Below are positions 18,423 through 28,847 of a stretch of DNA of 64,000 nt, in pieces. A program made the position numbers and the translations under genes. Each line of letters starts with the position of its first letter. The first letter of the stretch is position 1. The stretch spans positions 1-64,000 of IMG/VR virus record IMGVR_UViG_3300023178_000017; one strand, given 5' to 3'. The notes beneath the pieces were generated by a model. The model did no database searches. It was given only the letters and a program-made list of their open reading frames with translations, and was not told the origin of the DNA. This DNA is from a virus.

Positions 18423-18935
18423 TTAGTGAATTTTTTTAGGGTCTTTTGGAACTTCTGCGAATTCAAAATCATCGTACTCAGACATTACTTCTTCAAACTC
18501 ATCTAGTTCTAGGTCAGTTGCATTTTCAATGAGTTCATCCATAGCTTTTCTAATCTTGCTATCGAGTTTATTCATAAAACTACCTTTGACTGGTATCGGT
18601 CTACCATCATCTAAAGGTATACTGCCCTCTTCAATCATCTTAAACCATTTTGATGAAGCACTATCATAAAATGGAATGAATTGATCATTCATAATACTTC
18701 TATGCACCACATGATCTTTTGGTATTGTAATCTTTTCATCTGAGGTCAAAGGCGCATATGGGTAGAATGTTGCCTGAGTTTTTGGTGTGCCTGGTATTAT
18801 AGACAAATGGCAGATCATTGGCAATGTGATTTCTAAAGATGTGTCGGTTTCTCTGGTCATACCTACAACTTCAGTGCCAGTTTTAAGTTTAATTACTTCA
18901 TATCTTGTTGGTAATAAATCTTTTGGTGATGCCAT
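18423..18935 (-). CDS. Conserved T4-like hypothetical protein downstream of uvsW
   Basis: VIKLKTGTEVVG N-terminal motif; synteny. Confidence 0.7.
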   Translation of the reverse strand: MASPKDLLPTRYEVIKLKTGTEVVGMTRETDTSLEITLPMICHLSIIPGTPKTQATFYPYAPLTSDEKITIPKDHVVHRSIMNDQFIPFYDSASSKWFKMIEEGSIPLDDGRPIPVKGSFMNKLDSKIRKAMDELIENATDLELDEFEEVMSEYDDFEFAEVPKDPKKIH

Positions 18936-20341
18936 TAGTCTAAGTCAAATTGTTTGATTTCGTATGGAAATTGTTCTCCATTATAGATATTTATCCTTTC
19001 TTTCAGGTGTTCAAGGGTATAATTATCACATTGGAGATCATCGGCAATATCGAACAATCTCATAGCATCTTTGCCTTCTGTCTTACGTAGACCTCTACCA
19101 ATAGACTGTAGATTACGAATACGTGATTTAGAAGGACTTGCAAAAACAATATTATCAATCTTTTTAATATTGACACCTGTAGAGAAAGTTCCGTATGACG
19201 CTAGTATGACACTGTCATTAGATTGCTCAACAAGTTCTCTGACTTTCTCTCGGTCTTCGGTGTCTGTACCACCATAGACATAGTGTAAACTGTTCACTCT
19301 CTTCTCAATCATTGGGTACAATACTTCACCGTGTTTTTCTACGTATTGGAACAACACTAGGGTATTGCCTTTGAGAGAGGCAACTAAATTAGTTATGAAT
19401 GCATTACGTTTCTCATTAGAAACTAGATAATCCATTTCTTCTTGGTATGACATTTTATGACACTTTTGATGTTTAAGTATAATACAATCAATGTTAATAT
19501 TTGCAATTGTGCCTTCTTCAATTAACTGAGCAGAAGATATAACTTTCTTTACAGGCCCAAAAAGACCCTCAAGTTGTAATCGGTGTACTTCACTACCGTC
19601 TAACGTACCTGTTGTACCAAATCGTACAGCAGTCTTCTTCATTTTCTCTAAAATGCCTTTTAAAGTTGTTGCTTTAAATAGATGTGCTTCATCTCCTATT
19701 ACTACGTCAAATCCTTCCAAGATTTCTTTAGGTGCTTTACTAAAACTCTGCCATGTCGATATCGTAATGTCAGCAGAAAATACAGGTTGACCACTATAAA
19801 TTTTACAAATGTCTTTATCATATCCATAATCTTCGAAGTCCTTTGCCATCTGTTCTACCAATGATGTAGTAGGTACAATGACAATTGTTTTTTTGTTGTA
19901 ATATCTTGCAAGTAGATATATGATTAATGATTTACCACTTGCAGTTGGTGAGAGTAGAAGTTGTCTGCCATATTGAATAGCAGTATTGAATGCATCTATC
20001 TGATATTCTCTAGGTTCAAAGGGAAGGTTTAAATCTGCCAACCATGATTGACTACACTTGTCTCTTTGTTTTGTTCCAAGTACTTCTTCAACACCTTCAA
20101 ATTCATATCCTCTTTCTCTACAAAACTCATCGACATATGGTAATAATCCAATATAGATTCTTTTTGTTTTAATTGAAAATAATCTTACTTTACCATCCCA
20201 ATATCTGTTCTTAACAGAAGGCATAAACTTTGCATTTGGTACTGTAAAAGAAAAGAAGTCATATAAATCACGTGCAAGACCATCATCACAATTGACCTGC
20301 ATGAAAACTTCGTTGACTTTAGAAACTGTTACTTTAGACAT
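18935..20341 (-). CDS. uvsW: UvsW SF2 helicase
   Basis: WDGKVRLF, SPTASGKS, GDEAH, GTTGT, QSIGRGLR. Confidence 0.96.
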   Translation of the reverse strand: MSKVTVSKVNEVFMQVNCDDGLARDLYDFFSFTVPNAKFMPSVKNRYWDGKVRLFSIKTKRIYIGLLPYVDEFCRERGYEFEGVEEVLGTKQRDKCSQSWLADLNLPFEPREYQIDAFNTAIQYGRQLLLSPTASGKSLIIYLLARYYNKKTIVIVPTTSLVEQMAKDFEDYGYDKDICKIYSGQPVFSADITISTWQSFSKAPKEILEGFDVVIGDEAHLFKATTLKGILEKMKKTAVRFGTTGTLDGSEVHRLQLEGLFGPVKKVISSAQLIEEGTIANINIDCIILKHQKCHKMSYQEEMDYLVSNEKRNAFITNLVASLKGNTLVLFQYVEKHGEVLYPMIEKRVNSLHYVYGGTDTEDREKVRELVEQSNDSVILASYGTFSTGVNIKKIDNIVFASPSKSRIRNLQSIGRGLRKTEGKDAMRLFDIADDLQCDNYTLEHLKERINIYNGEQFPYEIKQFDLD

Positions 20342-21005
20342 AGGGTTTGCCGTGAAACCAACTCACTAAAGATATTCTAGTACCCTTAGTTACAGGTGTC
20401 ACTTGGTGATATACAAAAGAAGGAAACACAATTAAAGTACCAATCGACTTGGCTGAAAATGGAACTGTGTTTATATAATTGCCTGCATCTATATTTGTAT
20501 TGCGCCCTAATTTATCAAATACTCCTTGATAATTGATATATTGAAAATGACCACCTTCGTAGTCATCTGGATGTGATAGTTGAACTGTAGAACTTAGTTT
20601 TCTGATACCATGATCACTCTGATTCATATCAGATGAATCTGTATGCCATGTGTAATGATCTCCTGTTACAGGAGAATCTGGTCTATGATTATACACTGTA
20701 TATTGATGTGGTTCAGGCCAAGTCCATTCATGATGCCAACCTGCCTCTGCATTTGCCATATCAATACCTGCATGAAGTTTTTCTGTAAGTTCTTCAGGTA
20801 AAAAGTCTTGTTCAAACCATTTTACATCTGATTGTCTGATATGAGAGTCTTCTGTACCACCCTCTGTTTCACCATCTGGATCTTCTGCCTTGTTACCAAC
20901 TTTACCAATTTGGAAAGGCACTTTTTCACTCATAGCATTGATCGTTTTGACCTCTTCTTCAGTGAAATAGCTTTCGTAAATCCAAATATAGTTTCTTAAA
21001 TTCAT
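20334..21005 (-). CDS. 2OG-Fe(II) oxygenase
   Basis: YTWHTD...RKLSSTVQLS.PDDYEGG...VFPSFVYHQVTPVTKGTRISLVSW. Confidence 0.9.
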   Translation of the reverse strand: MNLRNYIWIYESYFTEEEVKTINAMSEKVPFQIGKVGNKAEDPDGETEGGTEDSHIRQSDVKWFEQDFLPEELTEKLHAGIDMANAEAGWHHEWTWPEPHQYTVYNHRPDSPVTGDHYTWHTDSSDMNQSDHGIRKLSSTVQLSHPDDYEGGHFQYINYQGVFDKLGRNTNIDAGNYINTVPFSAKSIGTLIVFPSFVYHQVTPVTKGTRISLVSWFHGKPYV

Positions 21006-21448
21006 TATGCACCTGACATAAATTTACGCCACTCTATTGTGTTCTTAATAGTTTGGTGACGCCATGTTATGTTGTCCATTGCCCTTTTTAGAAAGTCGAT
21101 TACTTCTTTAAAGTATTCTATTTGTGCTCTTGCTTTCTGTAGATCGGGATCAGCGTCAAAGAAAACAGGCATATCATTTTTCATAATTTTTAGACCATCA
21201 AAAGGGTCATCTTCCCAGCCAAGTTCTTTGATTTTTGTTTGGTCCATTTTACCATGAAACCATAACCACTTATCTTTTAAAAGTAGTTGGTATTTTAAGT
21301 TGGCATTTTTGAGTTGAATTGATGCATCGGTCAATAACTCTGAGTACTTAGCATGTAGTTTTGGTACTTCTAAACTAGACGTATCTAATTCGATATCATC
21401 TACCTTACAATCTTCTTTCCACATTGCTTTTAATTCATCTAAGTTCAT
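21005..21448 (-). CDS. uvsY: Recombination mediator UvsY
   Basis: SLEVPKLHAKY...KWLWFHGK...IKNTIEWRKFMSG; upstream of uvsW. Confidence 0.88.
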   Translation of the reverse strand: MNLDELKAMWKEDCKVDDIELDTSSLEVPKLHAKYSELLTDASIQLKNANLKYQLLLKDKWLWFHGKMDQTKIKELGWEDDPFDGLKIMKNDMPVFFDADPDLQKARAQIEYFKEVIDFLKRAMDNITWRHQTIKNTIEWRKFMSGA

Positions 21449-21494
21449 AAAATATCCTATAATATACCCTATAGTATATCATATTTATTACGAT

Positions 21495-22034
21495 TTAAGA
21501 AGTTGTTTTTATCTCGTAGTAGGTAAATCTAAAAGATACAGTACAGATAACTGCTTCTGCATCGGCACCAGACTCTAATTCAATAGAACCTAATGATATA
21601 GGGAAACAGTCATGGAATCTAAAATATCTATTTGGTATATTTTTATTTGTATTTGTTACCAATGTGATATCTGAATACTGATTGAGGTCGTTTTCTACGG
21701 CACTTAACGTACCTGTTTGTGTTTTGATTGTACGTGTATAGTTTTCATACAGTCTAGGGTCAGCAACAGGAACAATAGAATCCATCCAATCATATATTTC
21801 TTTGAAGTTTTCTAAGTCTTCATCTACTAAAAAGGATACATCTAGTGTATCATAAGATACCTTGTCGCCTGGAAAATAAGCATCGATACCAACACCAGCA
21901 GCTTGAACTGTTTCACCAAATGTAAGTCCTGGTATGTTGACCGTTCTTACATAGTATTCAACTGCTGGTACTTTATCAATAAGAAGTCTGAAATTATTCT
22001 TATTGAGAATCGATTTATTAATACTAGTTTCCAA
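21495..22034 (-). CDS. gp3: Tail completion / tube terminator protein (gp3-like)
   Basis: NIPGLTFG...PGDKVSYDTLDVSFLVDEDLENFKEIYDWM...FHDCFPISL. Confidence 0.8.
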   Translation of the reverse strand: METSINKSILNKNNFRLLIDKVPAVEYYVRTVNIPGLTFGETVQAAGVGIDAYFPGDKVSYDTLDVSFLVDEDLENFKEIYDWMDSIVPVADPRLYENYTRTIKTQTGTLSAVENDLNQYSDITLVTNTNKNIPNRYFRFHDCFPISLGSIELESGADAEAVICTVSFRFTYYEIKTTS

Positions 22035-22242
22035 GTTTTATAATCCTTTTATTAGTAGTTGTATCATGGTAGTCATCGCCTTTGTAAACTCTTGTTACAG
22101 TCTCTTCACATAGAAAACCATCTTCTACGTATTGAGTTGTGATTGTACGATTCAATACATTTGTTGTTTCTTTGCCTTTAGGAAAAGCACTTCTTTCCCA
22201 CGGTCCTTCTAACACTGTTACACTTTTTGCATACTCTGACAT
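22024..22242 (-). CDS. Hypothetical protein
   Basis: SD GGAG; late promoter at 22262-22269. Confidence 0.7.
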   Translation of the reverse strand: MSEYAKSVTVLEGPWERSAFPKGKETTNVLNRTITTQYVEDGFLCEETVTRVYKGDDYHDTTTNKRIIKLGN

Positions 22243-22272
22243 AATTTTCTCCGTATAGTACTATTTATATAG

Positions 22273-22296
22273 GTGGGGCATTGCGCCCCACTTTTT
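22273..22296. terminator. Intrinsic terminator-like hairpin
   Basis: GTGGGGC-attgc-GCCCCAC followed by a T-run. Confidence 0.6.
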
Positions 22297-22513
22297 ATTT
22301 CTCGTTTACAAAATCATTGAACTGTTTTGCAGTTTCAATAACATCTTGAGCAGTATAAGTCCTCAAAGGAATTTCCTTTTTAGACTCAGCATGATTGTCA
22401 TTCCATGAATATATGGTCTGCCTCTCATTCTCAATATTATTGATAATAAGACTTTCTGCTAGATTAAGTAAGTTGGCACGAATCTCGTACCCAGATTTTT
22501 GTGAATTAGTCAT
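22295..22513 (-). CDS. Conserved small phage protein
   Basis: KSGYEIRANLLNLA...DVIETAKQFNDFV; SD AGGAGG. Confidence 0.75.
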   Translation of the reverse strand: MTNSQKSGYEIRANLLNLAESLIINNIENERQTIYSWNDNHAESKKEIPLRTYTAQDVIETAKQFNDFVNEK

Positions 22514-22560
22514 AATTTCCTCCTGTGTGTGTTTGTGTGTGTATGACTAAATAGTATTTA

Positions 22561-23400
22561 GTGAATATTTTTATATCAATTGCCTCGTTTATGGACCCAC
22601 AACTTGAAGATACCATATCTTCATGTTTGGATAATGCTGACTCTAATAGAATTCATATTGCAGTATGTGATCAATCAGAACAGTACAACGAAAACGTTGC
22701 AAAAATGGTCAAGTACTATAACTTCATGGACTGGCGTAGTGCTAGAGGTCCATGTTTCGCTAGACATCTAATTCAGAATCTTATAGAAGATGAACAGTGG
22801 TATCTACAGATAGATTCTCATACTAAATTTGAAGTAGGTTGGGATACTATTTTACTCGGTCAAATGAGTAATCTTCCACCTAATTCTATAATAACTGGTT
22901 ATCCTAGAGATGTAAAAGACCTAGGTGTTAAAAGTAGTCACACACACGTTCTTAGAGTCGATAAGAACAATCTATGGCAGTATGACACACATTTCAATAC
23001 TCAAATCTCTGTTTCAGATACTCCAAACATTCATCAAGGTTATCTGTTATCAGCAGGCAATCTGTTCAGTAGTACAGACTTCTGTAGAGATGTGCCATAT
23101 GACCCTCACTTTTACTTTGAAGGAGAAGAACCCTCGTTAGCTCTCCGTGCATATTGTATGGGTTATGACATATATCATGTACCTAATAACCCAATATTTC
23201 ATGATTATAGAAAAAACATTAGACCACTACATTGGGAGAAACACCAAGATTGGGGTAGAATGAGAGATAGATCAATGCAAAGATACAGTGATATCATTCA
23301 CGGAAAGATCAAAGGAGTCTATGGGATAGGGTGGAAAAGATCGCTCAATGATTATAAGAACTTCTCTGGTATAGATTACATCAATAAAACAATCGTATAA
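22561..23400 (+). CDS. GT60-like GlcNAc transferase (Skp1-hydroxyproline / polypeptide GlcNAc transferase family)
   Basis: IFISIASFMDP, ARGPCFAR, YLQIDSHTKF..GWD, VPYDP..YF.GEE..LALRA...GYDIY; the only long plus-strand gene in the window. Confidence 0.8.
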   Translation: MNIFISIASFMDPQLEDTISSCLDNADSNRIHIAVCDQSEQYNENVAKMVKYYNFMDWRSARGPCFARHLIQNLIEDEQWYLQIDSHTKFEVGWDTILLGQMSNLPPNSIITGYPRDVKDLGVKSSHTHVLRVDKNNLWQYDTHFNTQISVSDTPNIHQGYLLSAGNLFSSTDFCRDVPYDPHFYFEGEEPSLALRAYCMGYDIYHVPNNPIFHDYRKNIRPLHWEKHQDWGRMRDRSMQRYSDIIHGKIKGVYGIGWKRSLNDYKNFSGIDYINKTIV

Positions 23401-23428
23401 AAAAAGGGGTCTAAAAAGACCCCTTTAA
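23399..23428. terminator. Bidirectional intrinsic terminator after gp23
   Basis: AAAGGGGTCT-aaaa-AGACCCCTTT between convergent genes. Confidence 0.8.
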
Positions 23429-23445
23429 AATTCAAAAAAGAATTA

Positions 23446-24750
23446 TTACAGAATGTTAGAAACTGCCATCTTTCTGAAGTACTGGTTGTTACCTCTACCA
23501 CCTGAAACTGAACTCAATGGAGTTGAAGTTACGAATGGGTTAGGGATCATTCCATATCTGGTTTTGAAACCGATTTTTGGTTGGAATGTATTCTCGCCAA
23601 CTGCACGAACCATTTGTAAAGGTACGTATGGGCAATAGAATAGACCAGCGTCATAAGGATTTGAACCTCTGTAACCAACTGTCATATAATCTGAACCAGC
23701 ATATGGATCGATATAGACTTTAACTCTACCGTTAAGAAGACCAGCAAATGTGTTGCCTGTGTCGTCTACGTTTAAGTTTGTTGATAATGCAGGTGCGTAA
23801 TCTAATACGCCTGCCATTGAAAGAGCAGATGCTACGTCTGAAGAACAAAGGATAAAGTTACCTTTTCCTCTTCTTGTGTCTTTAGCGATAACATTTGATT
23901 CTCTTTCGATTTGGAACAATAACCCTTTGAATTTCTCAACTGACCAACGACCATTTGCATCAACGTCTAAGTTGAATGTGCCTGGTGAAGCTGTTGCGGA
24001 AGCACCTGTTTTTGCTTGTAGGTTTACTTCTCTTACAACTTCTCTGTTGATTTCAGCAAGAATTTCAGCTGAAAGGATGTTTGCAAGTTCTGATTCTGCA
24101 TCAAGACCGTGGATTGCTTTTAAGTCTTGTGCAAGTTCGAGTGTGTACTCGGCTTTAAGTGCTCTGGATACTGCTGTAACAGTTGCCTTTTCAATTGTGA
24201 AAGACATTTCGTTGAAAGCATTTGAGGCTGAATCGCCTAATGCTTCAGCAGAAGCTGTGCTCATACCTGAAGATGTATCAGTTGCATATGCACCAGCGAA
24301 AGGATCGCCAGATGGATCTGAATCAACACCAGCAGAACTGTTAGGCCCAGCAGTTGCTGAGTTTGAAGTTCTTGCTTCGTTGAATAATGCTTCTGATTGA
24401 CTTTCTCTTCCTGCGGAAGGATAGTCGGCATATCTTGCTTTCATAGCAAAGATAAGACCTGTTGGTCCTGTCATTGGTTGAACACCGCAAATGTCGTATG
24501 CAACGAGATTTGGCATAGCTCTTCTTACTAGAGAAATTAGGATTGGGTCCCAATTTGAAATAGCTGAAGAACCAGTAGCATTTAAAGGTGCAACCTCGTC
24601 AAGTTGTGATCTTTCTTCTGAAAGAGCTTTCTCTTGGTTTTCGAGGATAACTGCTGTAACGGCTTTCTTGTAGTTGTCACCGATCTCTGGAAGATCGTTG
24701 TGTTCTAGAATAGGCTGCCACTTTTCTACTAAATTTTCTGATAAAAACAT
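23446..24750 (-). CDS. gp23: Major capsid protein
   Basis: LVRRAMPNLVAYDICGVQPMTGPTGLIFA, ELAQDLKAIHGLDAE, FYCPYVPL, FQPKIGFKTRYG. Confidence 0.98.
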   Translation of the reverse strand: MFLSENLVEKWQPILEHNDLPEIGDNYKKAVTAVILENQEKALSEERSQLDEVAPLNATGSSAISNWDPILISLVRRAMPNLVAYDICGVQPMTGPTGLIFAMKARYADYPSAGRESQSEALFNEARTSNSATAGPNSSAGVDSDPSGDPFAGAYATDTSSGMSTASAEALGDSASNAFNEMSFTIEKATVTAVSRALKAEYTLELAQDLKAIHGLDAESELANILSAEILAEINREVVREVNLQAKTGASATASPGTFNLDVDANGRWSVEKFKGLLFQIERESNVIAKDTRRGKGNFILCSSDVASALSMAGVLDYAPALSTNLNVDDTGNTFAGLLNGRVKVYIDPYAGSDYMTVGYRGSNPYDAGLFYCPYVPLQMVRAVGENTFQPKIGFKTRYGMIPNPFVTSTPLSSVSGGRGNNQYFRKMAVSNIL

Positions 24751-24773
24751 TTTAGTTTCCTGTTTCCTTTAAA

Positions 24774-26144
24774 TTAACCTAATGGTTTTAGTTTTGATAT
24801 TGCAGTAGAATATCTGTTCATTGAAGGATCAAGAACTTTCTCTTCGCTAGTTGCGAATTCGCCAGTTCCTTCTTCAACTACAGTTTCTTCTGCGATAGTT
24901 CCGCCCTCTGAAGGAAAGTATGCTTCTTTTAACTCAGAAACTTTCTCTGCGAAATCTTCTGAATCTGTGAAGTCTACACCTTTTGAAAGTGAAACTAATT
25001 TCTCTTGCTGTGACTCAGACAAGTCTTTACAGGCTTCTCTGATCACTCCGTCTCTTTTAAGACTTTCGTTTTCCTCAACGATTTCCATATTTTTAGATAC
25101 TTCAGCGTCAAGTTTATCTTCCATCTCATCGAGACGATTTGCGAGTTCATCAATAACGTTGTACTTATCTTCTGGTACTTCTACATAATGTTCAACGAAC
25201 AATGTTTTAAGTCCTTCAATGAAGTTCTCGGTCATTTCTGATCTCAAACCTCTTTCAATTGCGAGTTCGTTTTCTTTTGTCCACTCTTCTGCACAATATG
25301 ATAGATACTTATCAACTGCTTCTGCGAGGTCGCCTTTGACTTTTTCTACTGAGGTTTTTAATTCTTCTGAGTACTGAGACTCAAGTTGTTCTTTAACTTC
25401 TTCAACTTTTGAAGATACAGCTGCTTTGAAGATTGTTCTAGCTTTCTCTTGATTCTCTTCTGATAGTTCAAGAGCTTCTGAGATTTTCTCTAGGTCGTCT
25501 TCTACTTCGATCTCAACTAATGAAGCTTCAAGTGCTGATGTTGACTCTTTGACTTCTTCTTCGTCTTCGTCTTCATCTTTATTCTCTTCAACTTCTTTTT
25601 CGTCTTCGTCTTCTTTATCTTCTTCTTCTGTGAAGAATGCGTTGTAAGTTTCGTCTACTTCTTCCTCATCTTTTTTCTTCATGAGTTCAACGATTGATCT
25701 TGCGATCTCTGCTTTAGTCAAGGATTCATCAACGTCATCTTTTTCATCAGACATTTTACCGTACATTGCCTGAAGTTTTTCTTTATCCATATCTTTCATA
25801 GCGTTGACCATAGCCTTGATCATTTCCATTTTTGAAGGTTTCTCATCTTCTGAGTCTTCTTCTTCTGAAACTTTTTTCAACTTAGGTTGTGCATCAGGCT
25901 TTGATTCACCTTTTTGTTGTGCATCACCAGAAACTTCTTTAGTTCCTTTTTCTGCACTTTTAATGCTAGCAACTGCTTTGTCAACAGGATTTTCTTCAGG
26001 TTTGACGACTTCACCTTTGCCGCTTTCAATTTTTTCAGCATCGGATGAACCTTGCTTAACAGGTTTTTTGTCACCGTCTACAGCTTTAGCGTTGGGCTGT
26101 TGACCCTCTTCAACTGTTTCTAGGTTATTTTCTAACTCTGCCAT
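24774..26144 (-). CDS. gp22: Prohead core scaffold protein
   Basis: Acidic coiled coil with VDKYLSY.AEEW..ENELAIERGLRSE..E.F..GLK.LF.EHY; synteny. Confidence 0.9.
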   Translation of the reverse strand: MAELENNLETVEEGQQPNAKAVDGDKKPVKQGSSDAEKIESGKGEVVKPEENPVDKAVASIKSAEKGTKEVSGDAQQKGESKPDAQPKLKKVSEEEDSEDEKPSKMEMIKAMVNAMKDMDKEKLQAMYGKMSDEKDDVDESLTKAEIARSIVELMKKKDEEEVDETYNAFFTEEEDKEDEDEKEVEENKDEDEDEEEVKESTSALEASLVEIEVEDDLEKISEALELSEENQEKARTIFKAAVSSKVEEVKEQLESQYSEELKTSVEKVKGDLAEAVDKYLSYCAEEWTKENELAIERGLRSEMTENFIEGLKTLFVEHYVEVPEDKYNVIDELANRLDEMEDKLDAEVSKNMEIVEENESLKRDGVIREACKDLSESQQEKLVSLSKGVDFTDSEDFAEKVSELKEAYFPSEGGTIAEETVVEEGTGEFATSEEKVLDPSMNRYSTAISKLKPLG

Positions 26145-26183
26145 TTTTTTCTCCTGTTTGAGTAATACTCTTTTATTTATATA

Positions 26184-26837
26184 TTATAGGTTCTCAATGA
26201 ACTTTTTCCATAGATTTAATTTGGTTTCCTCAAGTTTATTGCGCTTAGCAGTTCTGAGAGTATCTCTCATTTTGCCTGCATCCACTGCTTTAAGGATACC
26301 TGATTCATATATCCACTCTACTCCTTCCATGATGCCCTCTACGAAAGCCTCTGGAGCAGACGGATCTGCAACGATATCAGCGGCTGTTGCCAACTGAAAA
26401 TCATTCTTAACAACTTGTGCGCCACCTTTTTGTTCTAGTGAACCTAGACCTCTAGAGGATACTCCAAGTTTTGCACCATCGTCAATCAAATTTCTCACAA
26501 TCTGACCATTTGGTGTTGATAAAATTTTTGCTCGTCCCACATAATTATCACCGTCTGATTCTAATTTGGTGATAAGGTGAGATACTTTGTCTAAATTAAT
26601 TGTTGGTCCATCTGGATGACCAAGTTCGCCGAATGCTCTGTCCTTTTCAACGAATTCTTTAACGTAACGATTTACTTCTTTATCCATTACGTCTTTAGGA
26701 TATATTCTACCGTTTCTGTTTTTAATCGCAGCTTGCATGAATATTCCCTCGATGAAGTAATCTTTTTTACCTTGCTCGTTCTCTTCAACGATAATTGGTG
26801 ATACTCCGTAATCTACAAATTCAGATATTAGTTTCAT
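26184..26837 (-). CDS. gp21: Prohead protease
   Basis: IEGIFMQA..KNRNGRIY, GELGHP, GVSSRGLGS, DIVADPSAP. Confidence 0.96.
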   Translation of the reverse strand: MKLISEFVDYGVSPIIVEENEQGKKDYFIEGIFMQAAIKNRNGRIYPKDVMDKEVNRYVKEFVEKDRAFGELGHPDGPTINLDKVSHLITKLESDGDNYVGRAKILSTPNGQIVRNLIDDGAKLGVSSRGLGSLEQKGGAQVVKNDFQLATAADIVADPSAPEAFVEGIMEGVEWIYESGILKAVDAGKMRDTLRTAKRNKLEETKLNLWKKFIENL

Positions 26838-27123
26838 TTATAACTCCTAAAATTTCTTCTAATGAGATGTTTTCTTCACCCATTTGTAACATTACATTCT
26901 TAATATTCTTCATCTCTTTTTCGGCCTCTTTTACATTTTTATATGTGCCGATTTCTATATCATCCATATAAACATGGATTTTTTTTCTTCTGTCTTCAGC
27001 GTATACGATGTTGACAGTTTTGCCTGAAACTTTTTGTGTTTCACGCTTAACTTCCTTTTGATCTTTAGGAAGTGTAAACTTCGCTTCGTTTAACTCAGCT
27101 GTTATCTGTGTCCAAGTTTTCAC
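26821..27123 (-). CDS. Small head-cluster protein (gp68 position)
   Basis: Synteny between gp20 and gp21. Confidence 0.65.
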   Translation of the reverse strand: MKTWTQITAELNEAKFTLPKDQKEVKRETQKVSGKTVNIVYAEDRRKKIHVYMDDIEIGTYKNVKEAEKEMKNIKNVMLQMGEENISLEEILGVINETNI

Positions 27124-27274
27124 TTTTGTTTACCCAATCGACCTGCATTTCGACACGTTTCATGTCTACTACGTCAGCAGCTTTTGCTTTAATACCATCA
27201 AAAATACTATCTTTAGCATCTTGTAGTTTACCTGCTTCAATTTGGTCTACTATTTTGTTTGCTATATCACTCAT
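27095..27274 (-). CDS. Small head-cluster protein (59 aa, gp67 position)
   Basis: Hand translation MSDIANKIVDQIEAGKLQDAKDSIF...; directly after the portal stop. Confidence 0.6.
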   Translation of the reverse strand: MSDIANKIVDQIEAGKLQDAKDSIFDGIKAKAADVVDMKRVEMQVDWVNKSENLDTDNS

Positions 27275-27277
27275 TTA

Positions 27278-28804
27278 TTAAAACCCCATGTCATCGTCTT
27301 CTCCGTCACCGTCAGCATCAATCTGTTGTTGCATGTTTTCGATGTCTTCATCTGACTGTTTTAAGAAGAACTTTTTAACATACTCTTTAGAGAAATATGA
27401 ACCTACATATGACTCTGCTTGTGAGAGTAAGTCTAATCTTTCTTTAAATAACTCTTGCTCTTTTAACTCTGTAAAGTAGTTATCAGTAGCAAAGTCATAA
27501 CGTATAAAATCTTTGACTTCGTCAAATTCATCGCTAGATACAATATTCTTAAGAATCAATTGTGTTCTTAATAGATCAGTGAAGCATCTAGCAAACTTCA
27601 CCTGAAGTCTATGTGTGAACTTGTTAAACTTAAGTTCATCTCTACTGATCTCTGAAGAACGGCCCATATTGAAGCCGTTATCTGATTCCATTCTGGAAAC
27701 AGGTACATTCAGTGATCGATATAGTTTCTTTTTAAAGTATTCTATATCATCAATCTCTGAAAGATTCTGTCCACCTGGTAATGTAGAGATTTCTGTACCT
27801 CTACCACCTTCTCTACGTGGTAACCAAAAGTCTTCCATCATCGACATGTGGCGTCTATCATCTTTGATTTCGCCTGTATCTGCATTATAAACAAGTTTGT
27901 TTCTGTACTTGTTCATAACATCGGCAAGATACTGTTCTGCCTTTGCCTTTGGAAGGTTACCTACATCGATGTAGAATATTCTTCTTTCAGGTGCTCTTGC
28001 AATTCTGTAAATTACTAGAGCGTCTTCTAACATTGCTAACTGATTAGCAGTTTTCAATGCCTTATGAAGATGTCCGATTACGATGTTCTGTGTGTAATCT
28101 AACATACCAGAAGTTGTATAACTTACTGCTTCTGGTGCAATTTTAAGAGTATTGCCTTCTGTTGCACTACCCTTGTCAAAACCTTTATCGTTGAAGACGT
28201 AAAACTCTTCAACCTTTTTAATGACCTCTACTTGGGTCTTTTTGTCTTTATCTTTTTCGACATTTCTGATCTTCTTAATTTTTAGAGGATCAACGTTTCT
28301 AATGTCGACCATGCCCGCTTGAGGACGTGAAGAATCTACTACTTTATGAAAGTAGATTCTACCATCGATGTACCATTTTCTGAATAATTCATGAGAGTTC
28401 ACATTGAACTTCATTAAAGATAAGATATGTTTAAACTCTAGTTGCATCTTCTTCTTGATGCTATCACTGAGCTCAACATCTTTGAGATCGAGAGACACTA
28501 TCCTATCTTCAGTATCAGAAACAACACATTCGTTGACTATGTCTTCGATAGCTGCATCACATTCAGGTACTAGAGAAGTCTCTCTGTATCTGCGAATAAG
28601 AGCAACTTCATTCTTGATGCCGCCTTCCATATCAACGTAGGTGCCATATGCACCACCTGATATGAAGCCTGATTGCGAAGTTTGAATGACAGGTGTGCCG
28701 TCATCTTCCACTGGCGCAACGAAAGAAGGAGCTGACTTCTTCTCTACGTCTACTTCTCGTAACTCGTCTTTTTTACGAGTTATTTCAAACCCAAATATTT
28801 CCAT
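27278..28804 (-). CDS. gp20: Portal protein
   Basis: FRKWYIDGR, LEDALVIYRIARAPERRIFYIDVGNLPK, EDFWLPRREGGRGTEI. Confidence 0.98.
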   Translation of the reverse strand: MEIFGFEITRKKDELREVDVEKKSAPSFVAPVEDDGTPVIQTSQSGFISGGAYGTYVDMEGGIKNEVALIRRYRETSLVPECDAAIEDIVNECVVSDTEDRIVSLDLKDVELSDSIKKKMQLEFKHILSLMKFNVNSHELFRKWYIDGRIYFHKVVDSSRPQAGMVDIRNVDPLKIKKIRNVEKDKDKKTQVEVIKKVEEFYVFNDKGFDKGSATEGNTLKIAPEAVSYTTSGMLDYTQNIVIGHLHKALKTANQLAMLEDALVIYRIARAPERRIFYIDVGNLPKAKAEQYLADVMNKYRNKLVYNADTGEIKDDRRHMSMMEDFWLPRREGGRGTEISTLPGGQNLSEIDDIEYFKKKLYRSLNVPVSRMESDNGFNMGRSSEISRDELKFNKFTHRLQVKFARCFTDLLRTQLILKNIVSSDEFDEVKDFIRYDFATDNYFTELKEQELFKERLDLLSQAESYVGSYFSKEYVKKFFLKQSDEDIENMQQQIDADGDGEDDDMGF

Positions 28805-28810
28805 AATATG

Positions 28811-28839
28811 TATTTATATCGCCCTAAAAAGGGCGATAT
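28811..28839 (-). promoter_or_regulatory. Hairpin after gp19 overlapping the late promoter for gp20
   Basis: ATATCGCCCT-aaaa-AGGGCGATAT hairpin (28816-28839) and TATAAATA at 28811-28818. Confidence 0.65.
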
Positions 28840-28847
28840 TCAAAAAA

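Noticed and set aside
22524-22543. TG-rich run upstream of 22295..22513
   Set aside because: Too short to assign a function; no second intergenic copy of comparable length noticed.
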